NCBI RefSeq assembly: GCF_900095195.1
Contig: NZ_LT606950.1
Location: 1,057,207-1,089,206, forward strand
Reading direction: 5' to 3'
DNA length: 32,000 nt
Source: Polynucleobacter necessarius
GTDB taxonomy: Bacteria > Pseudomonadota > Gammaproteobacteria > Burkholderiales > Burkholderiaceae
Translations under genes and position numbers: made by a program
In this document: positions 1 to 9,324 of the stretch, in pieces
Layout of the letters: the number at the start of each line of letters is the position of its first letter
How positions within the stretch are numbered: position 1 is the first letter of the stretch
Notes under the pieces: model-generated
What the model saw: the letters and a program-made list of their open reading frames with translations, nothing else
What the model was told of the DNA's origin: nothing
Database searches by the model: none

Positions 1-33
1 CAACATGTCTTTAACGGGGGCTACATATGGCAT
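1..33 (-). CDS. acyl-CoA dehydrogenase, first 11 codons only (gene continues past window start)
   Basis: Minus-strand ATG at 33..31 with AGGAG (complement of 38..42) 4 nt upstream; reads MPYVAPVKDML. The position right after etfBA and the M-x-Y-x-AP-x-x-DM N-terminus match my recollection of the large FadE-type dehydrogenases that follow etfA in Burkholderiales. Only 11 aa are visible. Confidence 0.4.
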   Translation of the reverse strand, partial: MPYVAPVKDML

Positions 34-70
34 ACAACTCCTGAAAATTTAAATCAAAGGAAGAATGAAA

Positions 71-1006
71 TTACGATAATGCTTTAGTTAACTCCGGGAC
101 TGCCGTAAACAAGTCGGCTACTAAACCATAATCCGCTACACCAAAGATCGGTGATTCAGGATCTTTATTAATCGCAACGATTACTTTAGAGTCCTTCATG
201 CCGGCTAAATGCTGAATCGCACCCGAGATACCAACCGCTACATACAGTTGTGGCGCCACAATCTTGCCGGTTTGACCCACTTGATAATCATTTGGTACAT
301 AACCAGCGTCCACTGCAGCACGAGATGCGCCCAAGGCAGCACCCAACTTATCAGCCAATGGAACAACAAGCTCTTGATACTTCTCACCGGATCCTAAGCC
401 ACGACCGCCTGAGACAATAATCTTGGCGCTAGTTAACTCTGGGCGATCCGATTTCGTAAGCTCGCGCCCAACAAAGGAGGATTGCGCTTGACTATCAGCA
501 GCAGTACCTTTCTCAACTGAGGCAGAGCCACCCGTACTAGCGACCGGATCAAATCCTGTCATACGCACGGTAATGACTTTGATGGGATCGCTGGACTGCA
601 CTGTCGCAATGGCATTGCCAGCATAGATGGGACGCTCAAAAGTATCGCTTGATACCACTTTTGTAATATCAGATAACTGGGCAACATCCAACTTGGCAGC
701 AACGCGAGGTAAGACGTTTTTACCGCTCGCAGTTGCAGGAGCAAGGATGTGGCTATAGCCATTGGCAATGGATAAAATCTGCGCTGCCAGAGGCTCTGCT
801 AGTTGATCTGCTAATGCAGGAGCATCAATCTGGATAACTTTACGTACGCCAGCAATTTGAGCGGCGGCCGCTGCAGCAGCATCTGCGCCACCACCTGAGA
901 CTAATACATCCACTTCAGTAGCACATTGCAAAGCGGCAGCAACCGCATTTAAGGTGGCCGCTTTTAAGGATTGGTTATCGTGTTCAGCAATTACTAGAGC
1001 AGCCAT
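71..1006 (-). CDS. etfA: electron transfer flavoprotein subunit alpha
   Basis: 311-aa intact ORF. It has the C-terminal FAD-binding signature (IIVSGGRG...YVAVGISGAIQHLAGMKDSKVIVAINKD). Its start abuts the etfB stop (TAAATG at 1004..1009). Confidence 0.95.
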   Translation of the reverse strand: MAALVIAEHDNQSLKAATLNAVAAALQCATEVDVLVSGGGADAAAAAAAQIAGVRKVIQIDAPALADQLAEPLAAQILSIANGYSHILAPATASGKNVLPRVAAKLDVAQLSDITKVVSSDTFERPIYAGNAIATVQSSDPIKVITVRMTGFDPVASTGGSASVEKGTAADSQAQSSFVGRELTKSDRPELTSAKIIVSGGRGLGSGEKYQELVVPLADKLGAALGASRAAVDAGYVPNDYQVGQTGKIVAPQLYVAVGISGAIQHLAGMKDSKVIVAINKDPESPIFGVADYGLVADLFTAVPELTKALS

Positions 1007-1756
1007 TTAAATCACCTTCGCTTCATTTTTGAGTTTTTCAACAAGAGCAGCTACATCAGCAACCATGACTCCGGCACAGCGCTTCGGCGGCTCTTCTACT
1101 TTGATGGTTTTTAAGCGTGGGGTGATATCAATGCCTAAGCTATCTGGGGTAACTGTGTCGATTGTCTTCTTCTTCGCCTTCATAATATTGGGCAAGGTGA
1201 CATAGCGTGGCTCATTCAAGCGTAAGTCCGTAGTAATGACTGCAGGCAATGAAAGCGCAATGGTTTCTAAACCACCATCAACCTCACGAGTCACGATCGC
1301 GTTACCGTCAGCAACCACTACTTTTGAAGCAAATGTTGCTTGCGGAATATCCATCAAACTCGCGAGCATTTGACCCGTTTGATTGCTGTCGTCATCAATC
1401 GCTTGTTTACCCAAAATAACCATTTGCGCCTGCTCTTCTTCCGAGAGCGCTTTCAGAATCTTTGCCACTGCCAAAGGTTGCAACTCAGCGTCTGTCTCAA
1501 CCAAAATTGCACGATCAGCACCAATTGCTAAAGCGGTACGAAGGGTTTCTTGACACTGGGTTACGCCAACAGAAACAGCAACCACTTCTGTTGCAACTCC
1601 GGCCTCTTTCAGGCGTACCGCCTCTTCAACGGCGATCTCATCAAACGGGTTCATGCTCATTTTGACGTTGGCTATGTCCACGCCAGAGTTGTCTGATTTC
1701 ACTCGAACTTTAACGTTGTAATCAACAACGCGTTTTACAGCTACTAAGATTTTCAT
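1007..1756 (-). CDS. etfB: electron transfer flavoprotein subunit beta
   Basis: Begins [19 protein letters not shown], the typical EtfB N-terminus. The track ORF starts 2 codons earlier at a TTG (1762); the ATG at 1756 is the more plausible start. Confidence 0.93.
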   Translation of the reverse strand: MKILVAVKRVVDYNVKVRVKSDNSGVDIANVKMSMNPFDEIAVEEAVRLKEAGVATEVVAVSVGVTQCQETLRTALAIGADRAILVETDAELQPLAVAKILKALSEEEQAQMVILGKQAIDDDSNQTGQMLASLMDIPQATFASKVVVADGNAIVTREVDGGLETIALSLPAVITTDLRLNEPRYVTLPNIMKAKKKTIDTVTPDSLGIDITPRLKTIKVEEPPKRCAGVMVADVAALVEKLKNEAKVI

Positions 1757-1851
1757 GCGCAATTCTCAATAATGATTAAAACGTTACAAAAGGTGAACTT
1801 GCCACCATTAAACAGTGATCCGCCTACTTTATCTGCCCCATCCATTGACTT

Positions 1852-3502
1852 CTAGACGTCTATCGCAGAGGCAGATCCAGCTTGCTTGCGAAGCTCAAAC
1901 TTCTGAATTTTTCCCGTCGAAGTCTTCGGCAGTTCACAACATACAATCGCCTTAGGCACCTTAAATCCTGCCAAGTGTTGCTTGCAATGGGCAATGATGC
2001 GCTGGCGTCACTTCCATACCAGGCTTAATTTCCAGGAAGGCGCAAGGGGTTTCTCCCCACTTTAGATCGGGTTTAGCCACGACCGCAGCCGCAATCACTG
2101 CTGGGTGGCGATAGAGAACATCCTCCACCTCAACCGACGAAATGTTTTCACCACCAGAAATAATGATGTCCTTACTGCGATCCTTCATCTTCACATAGCC
2201 ATCAGGGTTCATCACCGCCAGGTCGCCCGAATGGAACCAGCCACCCTCAAAGGCTTCTTTGGTTGCTTTCTCATTTTTGAGATAGCCCTTCATCGCAATA
2301 TTGCCCTTGAGCATAATCTCGCGCATGGTTTCTTCATCGGCGGGAACGGGTTTCATAGTTTCAGGATCCAATACCGCGATCGCTTGTTGCATGTGATAAC
2401 GAACACCTTGACGCGCATTTAAACGTGCTCGCTCGCTAATATCCACATCATTCCACTCATCTTGCTTCACGCATACCGCGGCAGGTCCATACACTTCAGT
2501 CAAGCCATATACGTGTGTGAGATCAAAGCCTAGCTTCTCCATACTTTCAATAATTGAGGCAGGAGGCGCAGCCCCAGCAATTAAGCCCTTCACGCCAGCA
2601 GGCACACCCACCTTAAGCTCATCTGGGGCATTGACAAGAAGGTTGTGCACAATCGGGGCCGCACAATAGTCTGTAACGCCATGCTCTTTAATGGCCGCAA
2701 AGATATGCTGCGCATCCACACGTCGTAGGCACACATTGATACCAGCGCGAGCTGCAATCGTCCAAGGGAAACACCGGCCATTGCAATGGAACACGGGGAG
2801 TATCCATAGATACACGGGGTGCTTATTGATATCCCAGTCAAGGACATTTGAGACAGCATTAATGGCCGCGCCCCGATGGTGGTACACCACCCCCTTTGGA
2901 TTGCCTGTGGTGCCCGAGATGTAGTTCAAGCAAATTGCTTGCCACTCATCAGCCGGAACCTGCCACGCAAACTGCGAGTCTCCTTCTGCGAGGAATTGCT
3001 CATACGTTACCTTGCCCAGCCTTTCACCAGGAACGTCATACTCTTTTTCTTCGACATCGATGACGAGAAACTCCCTGCCACTCTCTTTTTTCGCAAGCTC
3101 GAGAGCTTTTTTCATGACTGCTGAAAACTCAGGATCGACGATCACGACTTTTGCTTCACCATGATTGAGCATGAATGCAATGGACTCTGCATCCAAGCGA
3201 GTATTCAAGGCATTTAGGACTGCCCCGGCCATCGGAATACCAAAATGCGCCTCTACCATCGGCGGCGTATTTGGCAACATCACCGCAACGGTATCCCCCA
3301 AGCCAACGCCATGCTTTTGCAACGCACTTGCCAACTGACGACAACGATCATAGGTTTGTGACCAAGTTTGACGTAACTTGCCATGAATGACCGCAACTTT
3401 ATTTGGATAGATTTGCGCAGAGCGCTCCAAAAATAATAAGGGGGTTATTGGAGTGAAGTTCGCTGGATTGCGATCTAAACCTTGTTCATAAATATTTGTC
3501 AT
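1852..3502 (-). pseudogene. AMP-dependent acyl-CoA synthetase/ligase, frameshifted near the C-terminus
   Basis: The 513-aa ORF (1961..3502) carries AMP-binding motifs (YISGTTGNPKGV, GLTEVYGP, GWFHSGDLA, DRSKDIIISGGENISS) but ends in nonsense ...EVTPAHHCPLQATLGRI*. Shifting frame at about 1999 gives IIAHCKQHLAGFKVPKAIVCCELPKTSTGKIQKFELRKQAGSASAIDV* (1998..1852). This is the canonical C-terminus, including the catalytic-Lys motif PKTxxGKIxK. Confidence 0.8.
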
Positions 3503-3541
3503 CGTTTACTTTCTCTATCAGTCTAACTTTTACTCTGTGAT

Positions 3542-4458
3542 TTAAATATCGGCCAGCGCTTTCACGTGAGCGACAACGCTACGACCCAATGCCGATAAGT
3601 TGTGACCACCTTCCAAACAGCTCACGATTCGATCATTTGCGTATTCATGCGCGATCTCTTTTAACCGCTTTGTCATCCATACATAATCATCTTCGACAAG
3701 ACCCATTTGACCCAAATCATCTTCACGATGTGCACCATAGCCAGCCGAAATTATGATGAGCTGTGGCTCAAAGTTGCGAAGTGCTGGTAACCACTTCTCT
3801 TCCACTACTGATCGGACGACATCGCCTCGAGTGGCAGCAGGCAGTGGAACATTGACCATATTATTGGCGGGATCAAGGCCGCTATAGGGATAAAACGGAT
3901 GCTGAAAAATGCTGCACACCAAGACACTAGGGTCATTAAAAAATGCTGCTTCAGTACCATTGCCATGGTGCACGTCAAAATCAATAATCGCTACGCGCTC
4001 AATTCCATAGGTTTCCATGGCATAACGTGCTGCGATAGCCACATTGTCAAACAGACAAAATCCCATTGAGCGAGTTGGCTCTGCATGATGGCCTGGCGGC
4101 CTTACAGCACAAAATACGTTCTCCACTCCACCATTCATCACTGCATCTACCCCTGCGATCGTTGCACCAGCCGCTCTCAATGCTGCTTGCCAGATATGCG
4201 GGTTCATAATAGTGTCCCCATCTAACAGTAACCACTTTGGGGTGCCTGCTCCTTAACGAAAGCAATATGATCAGGGCTATGAACCAGCTCCAACTGGTCT
4301 TCACTCGCTAAAGGGGCATCGAGATGATGGAGGAAGCGATCAATTCCACTTCGAATCATTTGATCATTGATCGCCTGAATACGCTCGGGGCACTCAGGAT
4401 GATGACTACCCATCTCATGCTTCAGAAAGTCTGCATGCGTTATGTATCCTGTTGTCAT
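3542..4458 (-). pseudogene. histone deacetylase/acetoin-utilization (HDAC/AcuC/APAH) family protein, frameshifted
   Basis: The N-terminal fragment 4222..4458 (MTTGYITHADFLKHEMGSHHPECPER...APQSGYC*) and the C-terminal fragment 3542..4207 (PPGHHA, DFDVHHGNGT) are one gene. A frame change at about 4225..4235 reads ...LLLDGDTIMNPHIW straight into the second ORF. Confidence 0.8.
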
Positions 4459-4461
4459 TAG

Positions 4462-4498
4462 TTGCTATCCTTAATAGCAAATCGATCTTTTTTATAAT
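4462..4498 (+). promoter_or_regulatory. candidate sigma70 promoter for mltB overlapping a perfect 7-bp inverted repeat
   Basis: Perfect TATAAT at 4493..4498 lies 43 nt upstream of the mltB ATG. A TTAATA -35-like hexamer sits at 4471..4476 (16-nt spacer). The inverted repeat TTGCTAT-ccTTa-ATAGCAA spans 4462..4480, directly upstream of the divergent HDAC-like start, and encloses its AAGGA Shine-Dalgarno on the other strand. Confidence 0.4.
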
Positions 4499-4541
4499 CC
4501 AATGAATTGTGTTTAATACTGATCCATTTCGACCCTTGCGC

Positions 4542-5813
4542 ATGAACATTCGCGTCTCCTACTTATTTCTGCTGATCGCTTTGTGCGCATGTACTACCGC
4601 TCCTATTCAACAAAATACCACTCAACAATCCATCGTAAACCAAGCCGATGATGCGGTTACAGAAGCACGTTATAGCCAAATCTTGAGCGCGTTACTGAAC
4701 CAAGTTTCCCAATCCCAAGAAATCCCTCTCCAAAGCCTTGAAAATGGCTTTTCTGATGCTAAAACGATTCCCTCTATACGCAAATTGGTATTACCCCCAT
4801 CGGGTACATTCAAGAAAAACTGGCTGGCCTACCGTAAGCGCTTCATTGAGCCAGTGCGCCTGAAAGCAGGCAGGGCGTTTTGGGATGAAAACCAGGCCTT
4901 TTTAGCCAAAGTCGAGCAAGACTCAGGGGTGCCCGCAGAGATCATTGTGGCCATTATTGGCATTGAGACGATTTACGGTCGTCAAACAGGCTCATTTCGG
5001 GTAAAGGATGTTTTATCCACCCTTGCCTTTAGCTATCCTGACACCCCAAACAAGACTGCTAGAGAGCAGCTTTTTAAAGACCAACTTCAAGAACTCATTC
5101 TGATGTGCTGGACCGAGGCTGGAGGAAAATTACCTGGGCAAAATAGCGGCCAAGGAGTCAATGCCACCCGCTTCAATAGTTGCCTCAACCAAAACAGCTC
5201 TTATGCAGGCGCAATCGGGTTGCCCCAGTTTATGCCCAGCAGCATTCGTAGTTTTGCAGTCGATGGCGACGGGGATGGGCGCATTGATTTAAAACAAAGT
5301 CCAAAAGATGCTATTACCAGTGTTGCCAACTTTATGAAAAAGCATGGCTGGCAAGCTGGGATGCCGATTTCGTTTCCTGTGCAAGAAAGTGCTATCGCTG
5401 CCGCTAAGCAATTAGCGGATGGTGAGCCTCAACTCAAATATACCGTTATCGAACTCATTGAAAAAGGAATTTTGCTGCCACAACAAGGGGATTTACAACG
5501 GGGTGGCGTAGAACATCAAAGCAAAGCCCTGATTGTGGATCTCCCCTATCCAGATAAAGATGGAAACGATCAAGCGCAGTACTTTGTGGGCTTGAATAAC
5601 TTTCTAACTATTGTGCAATACAACCGGAGCTACTTCTATGCTCAGAGTGTTGCGGAATTTGCTGAAGCGCTTGGATATAAAAATCAAAGCATAGTTCCAA
5701 CCACTTCATCGATAAAAGCGGCAGATCAAAAAATGGTGCCGATAAATCCAACACAAAGTCTACCAAGAAAGCTGGGTCTAAGAAAAAACCCAAGACCACT
5801 TAAGCCAGCTTAG
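4542..5813 (+). CDS. mltB: lytic murein transglycosylase B family, probable lipoprotein
   Basis: MNIRVSYLFLLIALCAC is a signal/lipobox-like N-terminus. Other features are the catalytic-Glu region IIGIETIYGR, AGAIGLPQFMPSS and GDGRIDL. The track start at GTG 4509 is 11 codons upstream; the ATG at 4542 is preferred. The last ~45 aa form a basic, low-complexity tail. Confidence 0.85.
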   Translation: MNIRVSYLFLLIALCACTTAPIQQNTTQQSIVNQADDAVTEARYSQILSALLNQVSQSQEIPLQSLENGFSDAKTIPSIRKLVLPPSGTFKKNWLAYRKRFIEPVRLKAGRAFWDENQAFLAKVEQDSGVPAEIIVAIIGIETIYGRQTGSFRVKDVLSTLAFSYPDTPNKTAREQLFKDQLQELILMCWTEAGGKLPGQNSGQGVNATRFNSCLNQNSSYAGAIGLPQFMPSSIRSFAVDGDGDGRIDLKQSPKDAITSVANFMKKHGWQAGMPISFPVQESAIAAAKQLADGEPQLKYTVIELIEKGILLPQQGDLQRGGVEHQSKALIVDLPYPDKDGNDQAQYFVGLNNFLTIVQYNRSYFYAQSVAEFAEALGYKNQSIVPTTSSIKAADQKMVPINPTQSLPRKLGLRKNPRPLKPA

Positions 5814-6721
5814 GCTGGAAAAACCCCAGTAGAAAGATAGCGATCACCACGATCACAAACAATAAAAACGATCGTAGCATTTTCAACTTGACGGGCAATA
5901 CGCAGAGCGACAACCAGCGCCCCACCTGCAGAAATGCCACAAAAGACGCCTTCTTCTACAGCCAAACGTCTAGCCATATCTTCGGCATCTGCTTGTGTGA
6001 CATATTCAATGCGATCAACACGATCACCCTGATAAATCTTAGGCAAATACTCCGGCGCCCACTTACGAATACCCGGAATTTGAGAGCCCTCTTCAGGTTG
6101 AGCCCCAATAATCTGAATCGCAGGATTCATGGATTTGAGATAGGTTGATACACCAGTAATCGTTCCTGTAGTCCCCATCGCCGAAACAAAATGAGTAACT
6201 TGTCCATTTGTATCACGCCAAATCTCAGGGCCCGTTGTTTCAATATGCGCCCTGGGATTATCGGGATTGGCAAATTGATCTAGCAAGCGGGCACGGCCTT
6301 CACGCTGAAGTTGCAAGGCATAATCTCTTGCAAACTCCATCCCCCCAGAGGCAGCCGTCAGAATGAGTTCTGCACCATAAGCCGCCATACTTTGGCGCCG
6401 CTCAATACTTTGATTTTCTGGCATTACTAAGACCATCTTGTACCCCAACATTGCAGCCGTCATTGCTAATGCAATGCCAGTATTACCACTTGTTGCCTCG
6501 ATGAGGGTATCGCCAGGTTTAATTTCTCCGCGCTCTTGTGCGCGCAGAATCATCGACAGCGCAGGTCGGTCTTTAACCGACCCGGCTGGATTATTACCTT
6601 CTAACTTACCTAGAATTACGTTGTTACGCTTCTCGTTTTCTAAACCAGGAATACGTTGCAATCGCACCAACGGTGTGTTGCCAACAGTCTGCGAGATTGT
6701 TAGGTAAGAGGGTTTGCTCAT
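5810..6721 (-). CDS. cysM: cysteine synthase B (O-acetylserine sulfhydrylase B)
   Basis: 303 aa and near-colinear with E. coli CysM as I recall it (GNTPLVRLQR, KLEGNNPAGSVKDR, IEATSGNTGIALAM, CDRGDRYLSTGVF). Confidence 0.95.
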   Translation of the reverse strand: MSKPSYLTISQTVGNTPLVRLQRIPGLENEKRNNVILGKLEGNNPAGSVKDRPALSMILRAQERGEIKPGDTLIEATSGNTGIALAMTAAMLGYKMVLVMPENQSIERRQSMAAYGAELILTAASGGMEFARDYALQLQREGRARLLDQFANPDNPRAHIETTGPEIWRDTNGQVTHFVSAMGTTGTITGVSTYLKSMNPAIQIIGAQPEEGSQIPGIRKWAPEYLPKIYQGDRVDRIEYVTQADAEDMARRLAVEEGVFCGISAGGALVVALRIARQVENATIVFIVCDRGDRYLSTGVFPA

Positions 6722-6762
6722 AGCCCCATTTTAGCCACAAGCGGACCTAAACTCTGAAGGGC

Positions 6763-7188
6763 TTAATTTCGGCGATGTGGCGTTGAACGCTCTATTTGAT
6801 GGCGATTACCAGTCTGATGACGCGAATTGCTTCTACCAGAAGCCCCGCCGTCCTTTTTGGTCCGACCGTTGGGCTCCCGAAATGAACTTAGTGCCTCAAT
6901 GGTTAATCCGTTGTCTACCATTTTTTCTACGGACCGCATACCAATGCCGCGGACCCGCTTCTGTAAATCATTAGCATCTTGAAAGTGTCCTCCATCCGCA
7001 CGCTCAGCAATAATTGTTCTCGTTTTTGATGGGCCAATACCCTTAATGCTCTCTAACTCTGATTGCGTTGCTGTATTGACATTTACTGGTGATGCACTTG
7101 CTATGCCTAAAGATGAAATTGCCAATATAGCCGAGACCAATGCTGATTTTATAAAACCCAAGTCTTTGAAATGAAAACGATTCGTCAT
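6763..7188 (-). CDS. comEA: ComEA-family helix-hairpin-helix DNA-binding protein, periplasmic
   Basis: Signal peptide followed by VNVNTATQSELESIKGIGPSKTRTIIAER...LQKRVRGIGMRSVEKM (two HhH motifs). GGAGAA lies upstream of the ATG. Carries an unusual ~45-aa basic C-terminal tail. Confidence 0.75.
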   Translation of the reverse strand: MTNRFHFKDLGFIKSALVSAILAISSLGIASASPVNVNTATQSELESIKGIGPSKTRTIIAERADGGHFQDANDLQKRVRGIGMRSVEKMVDNGLTIEALSSFREPNGRTKKDGGASGRSNSRHQTGNRHQIERSTPHRRN

Positions 7189-7312
7189 ATATTCTCCGAA
7201 GTAAATAAAAAATCCAGGACCAAAGATGGACGTGGATCGATTACAACGAGATATAAGCGAAATGGTTGACTAAATTTTTTGCACTACAACTAAAGTAGTA
7301 TTGACTGACGCT

Positions 7313-8065
7313 TCAGTTACTCAGAATAAATTCCGCAGCCCGTTTGATCAGCTCAGGCTCTGTTTGATTGAAGCCATGATAGGCAAAGGAGTCGCAAACA
7401 TTTCCCTCGCTAGCGCCTCCTTCGATGATTTCCAACTTAGAAACGAACTCTTTTGGTCTTCCTTCAAGAATTCGTCGAGTTGCCGATAATGACGTTCCAG
7501 CACAAGCATCTTCCAAATGATGAATACCAGGAACTGGTAAGTTAACTCTCTCATCCAAAGACGCAGGCTGAATGGTTCCAGCGATAATAATTCCCGAAAG
7601 TAGCTTGGATGAGATATTTAGCTGACTAGCAAAATACGTAGCAGTGGAGGTACCCATGCTGTGCCCAAAAATCCAAACAGGTAAATTAGTTTTGTTTTTG
7701 TAGTATTGAACTACTTCACCAACGCGGCTCAAATGATCTTTTCGCTCCCTTAGGTTGCCTCTTCGCAAATCTCCCAAATCGTATGGAGTATCCACCAACA
7801 CTGCATCAATTTGGTATTGCGCCCAGAGGTTCATTGAGCGCACGAAAGTATGGCGATTTTTGGTACCTCCATCCTCTTGAAGGCGGAGAAGTCCACCACC
7901 ACCGGGAAATAACAGAACTAATGCCTTAAGATTTTGCGCAGAAATCAATAGAGTCCGAGTAGGCGGGTCTTGGTGATGTGCAATATCAAAGACTTGACCA
8001 TGAGCATTGAAACTAATCTGACAAAGAAAAACTATCAGATAAATCTTCAAAAGATTAACTGCCAA
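7313..8065 (-). CDS. secreted alpha/beta-fold serine hydrolase, unknown substrate
   Basis: 250-aa ORF with signal-like N-terminus (LKIYLIVFLCQISFNAHG|Q) and the nucleophile elbow GHSMG (VWIFGHSMGTS). It starts at a TTG and overlaps the upstream gene by 11 nt (8055..8065). Confidence 0.65.
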   Translation of the reverse strand: MAVNLLKIYLIVFLCQISFNAHGQVFDIAHHQDPPTRTLLISAQNLKALVLLFPGGGGLLRLQEDGGTKNRHTFVRSMNLWAQYQIDAVLVDTPYDLGDLRRGNLRERKDHLSRVGEVVQYYKNKTNLPVWIFGHSMGTSTATYFASQLNISSKLLSGIIIAGTIQPASLDERVNLPVPGIHHLEDACAGTSLSATRRILEGRPKEFVSKLEIIEGGASEGNVCDSFAYHGFNQTEPELIKRAAEFILSN

Positions 8066-8843
8066 TGATTCCCTTTAATCCAGTATAGATTGATACAGCT
8101 GTAGTGCCTAGCGCTACTACTGTGCCGCCATATTCTTGAAGTGTTTTCATCAAGCCATGAACATTTTTAATGGATGCCCCACCGTCTTTCAGATTCAGCG
8201 AAGCCAGTGTTAAGACTGAATTTACTAGACCTTCTCGTCTAATCCTCTTCTTGCTAGCATATGCAACGCCTCCAAGAAACATGCCCGTCAAAAAACTAAA
8301 AGCAATACTTGCCGAATATTCCAATACCTCTTTCCATTCGAATAAGTTTTGTGGCCATACGGGCGAACGATCAACCATGCTTGTAATCCAGCTCATACCA
8401 ATGACAGATGCAATCGCCAAAAAAGCAACGCCGATAAACCATGGCAGAAGCTTGTGCGAGTGGCTTTTAAACAAGTAATAGGCAAAAGGCAATGGCACAA
8501 CCATCGAAACTAGCCTCAGATAAATCATTTTCGTGTCATATACAACCGTGATTAGCCAGTGCGCTAACAACAACAAACATAAAGGTACGAGGATATAGAG
8601 AGCAATATCACGAGCCCAACTTAGCATTGATCGCTTAGCTAATTTCGAATTTTGCTCTTCGAGGATATGCTCGAGTTCAGCTATACGAAATTCATAAGCC
8701 TCAGTACTTGGAATCGCAGCAAGCTTAGCTTCTAGCTCGGCCACTTTCATCATCATGGGTTTAAAAAGGTATAGATCGCGACTGCACGTTTTACAGACGT
8801 GAGCCTCTTCAGAAACCTCAGAGAGACAGTAAGGACAATTCAT
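8055..8843 (-). CDS. zinc-ribbon / coiled-coil / multi-pass membrane protein, unknown function
   Basis: 262 aa. The N-terminus CPYC-x11-CKTC is a zinc ribbon. A heptad-like stretch follows (KVAELEAKLAA...RIAELEHILEEQNSKLAKR), then at least 4 hydrophobic helices. Its ATG overlaps the upstream stop (TAATG at 8841..8845). Confidence 0.7.
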   Translation of the reverse strand: MNCPYCLSEVSEEAHVCKTCSRDLYLFKPMMMKVAELEAKLAAIPSTEAYEFRIAELEHILEEQNSKLAKRSMLSWARDIALYILVPLCLLLLAHWLITVVYDTKMIYLRLVSMVVPLPFAYYLFKSHSHKLLPWFIGVAFLAIASVIGMSWITSMVDRSPVWPQNLFEWKEVLEYSASIAFSFLTGMFLGGVAYASKKRIRREGLVNSVLTLASLNLKDGGASIKNVHGLMKTLQEYGGTVVALGTTAVSIYTGLKGIIGS

Positions 8844-9280
8844 TACTTATTCACTACCAAATTCAATACTAAATTTGTCTCGCGACCCTCAGAGTCTTTC
8901 ACAGTCACGCGTATCGTATGAGTTCCTGGAGGTACATCTGCTTTAGCGAAATCAATGCCATTTGCAGAAATTGCGTTTTTCAATCTCGGCGTTAGATCCA
9001 CAAAAGGGGATTTCATATAAACCACCTTCACTGAATTCGGATCAATTTTGGCATCCCCACGTGGCTCGAAATTAATCTTGAAATCAAATGGGGCGGTTAC
9101 AGGGGTATCTGCCTCAGGGGATGCGAGTTTAATTGCTGGTCCACGTGAAATACCGCGCGTAGCCAAAGTGCCAGCAGCTGGCGGAAGTGCCGCCTCTTTA
9201 GCGCTAATCAACGGCGCAGAAATAGCCAATTGAGAGGCCGTCAGCACTAGTGAAGCAAGAATTACTTTCGTAAATTTCAT
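8843..9280 (-). CDS. small secreted protein, probable beta-sandwich, unknown function
   Basis: 145 aa with a signal peptide (MKFTKVILASLVLTASQLAISA). The mature part alternates beta-like segments (FDFKINFEP, VKVVYMK, HTIRVTVKDSEGRETNLVLNLVV). It starts 44 nt downstream of the CHAT pseudogene. Confidence 0.65.
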   Translation of the reverse strand: MKFTKVILASLVLTASQLAISAPLISAKEAALPPAAGTLATRGISRGPAIKLASPEADTPVTAPFDFKINFEPRGDAKIDPNSVKVVYMKSPFVDLTPRLKNAISANGIDFAKADVPPGTHTIRVTVKDSEGRETNLVLNLVVNK

Positions 9281-9324
9281 AAAAACTTTTAAATAATTAA
9301 ATGACTCAACGGATAGATCTTAAA

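Noticed and set aside
1990-4240. Programmed ribosomal frameshifting as an explanation for the split synthetase and HDAC genes
   Set aside because: There is no slippery heptamer or downstream structure at either junction, these families are not known to use recoding, and both genes also carry damaging substitutions.
4047-4304. 85-aa ORF bridging the two HDAC fragments
   Set aside because: It lies in the third frame and its translation has no HDAC similarity. The real junction is a simple shift between the other two frames.
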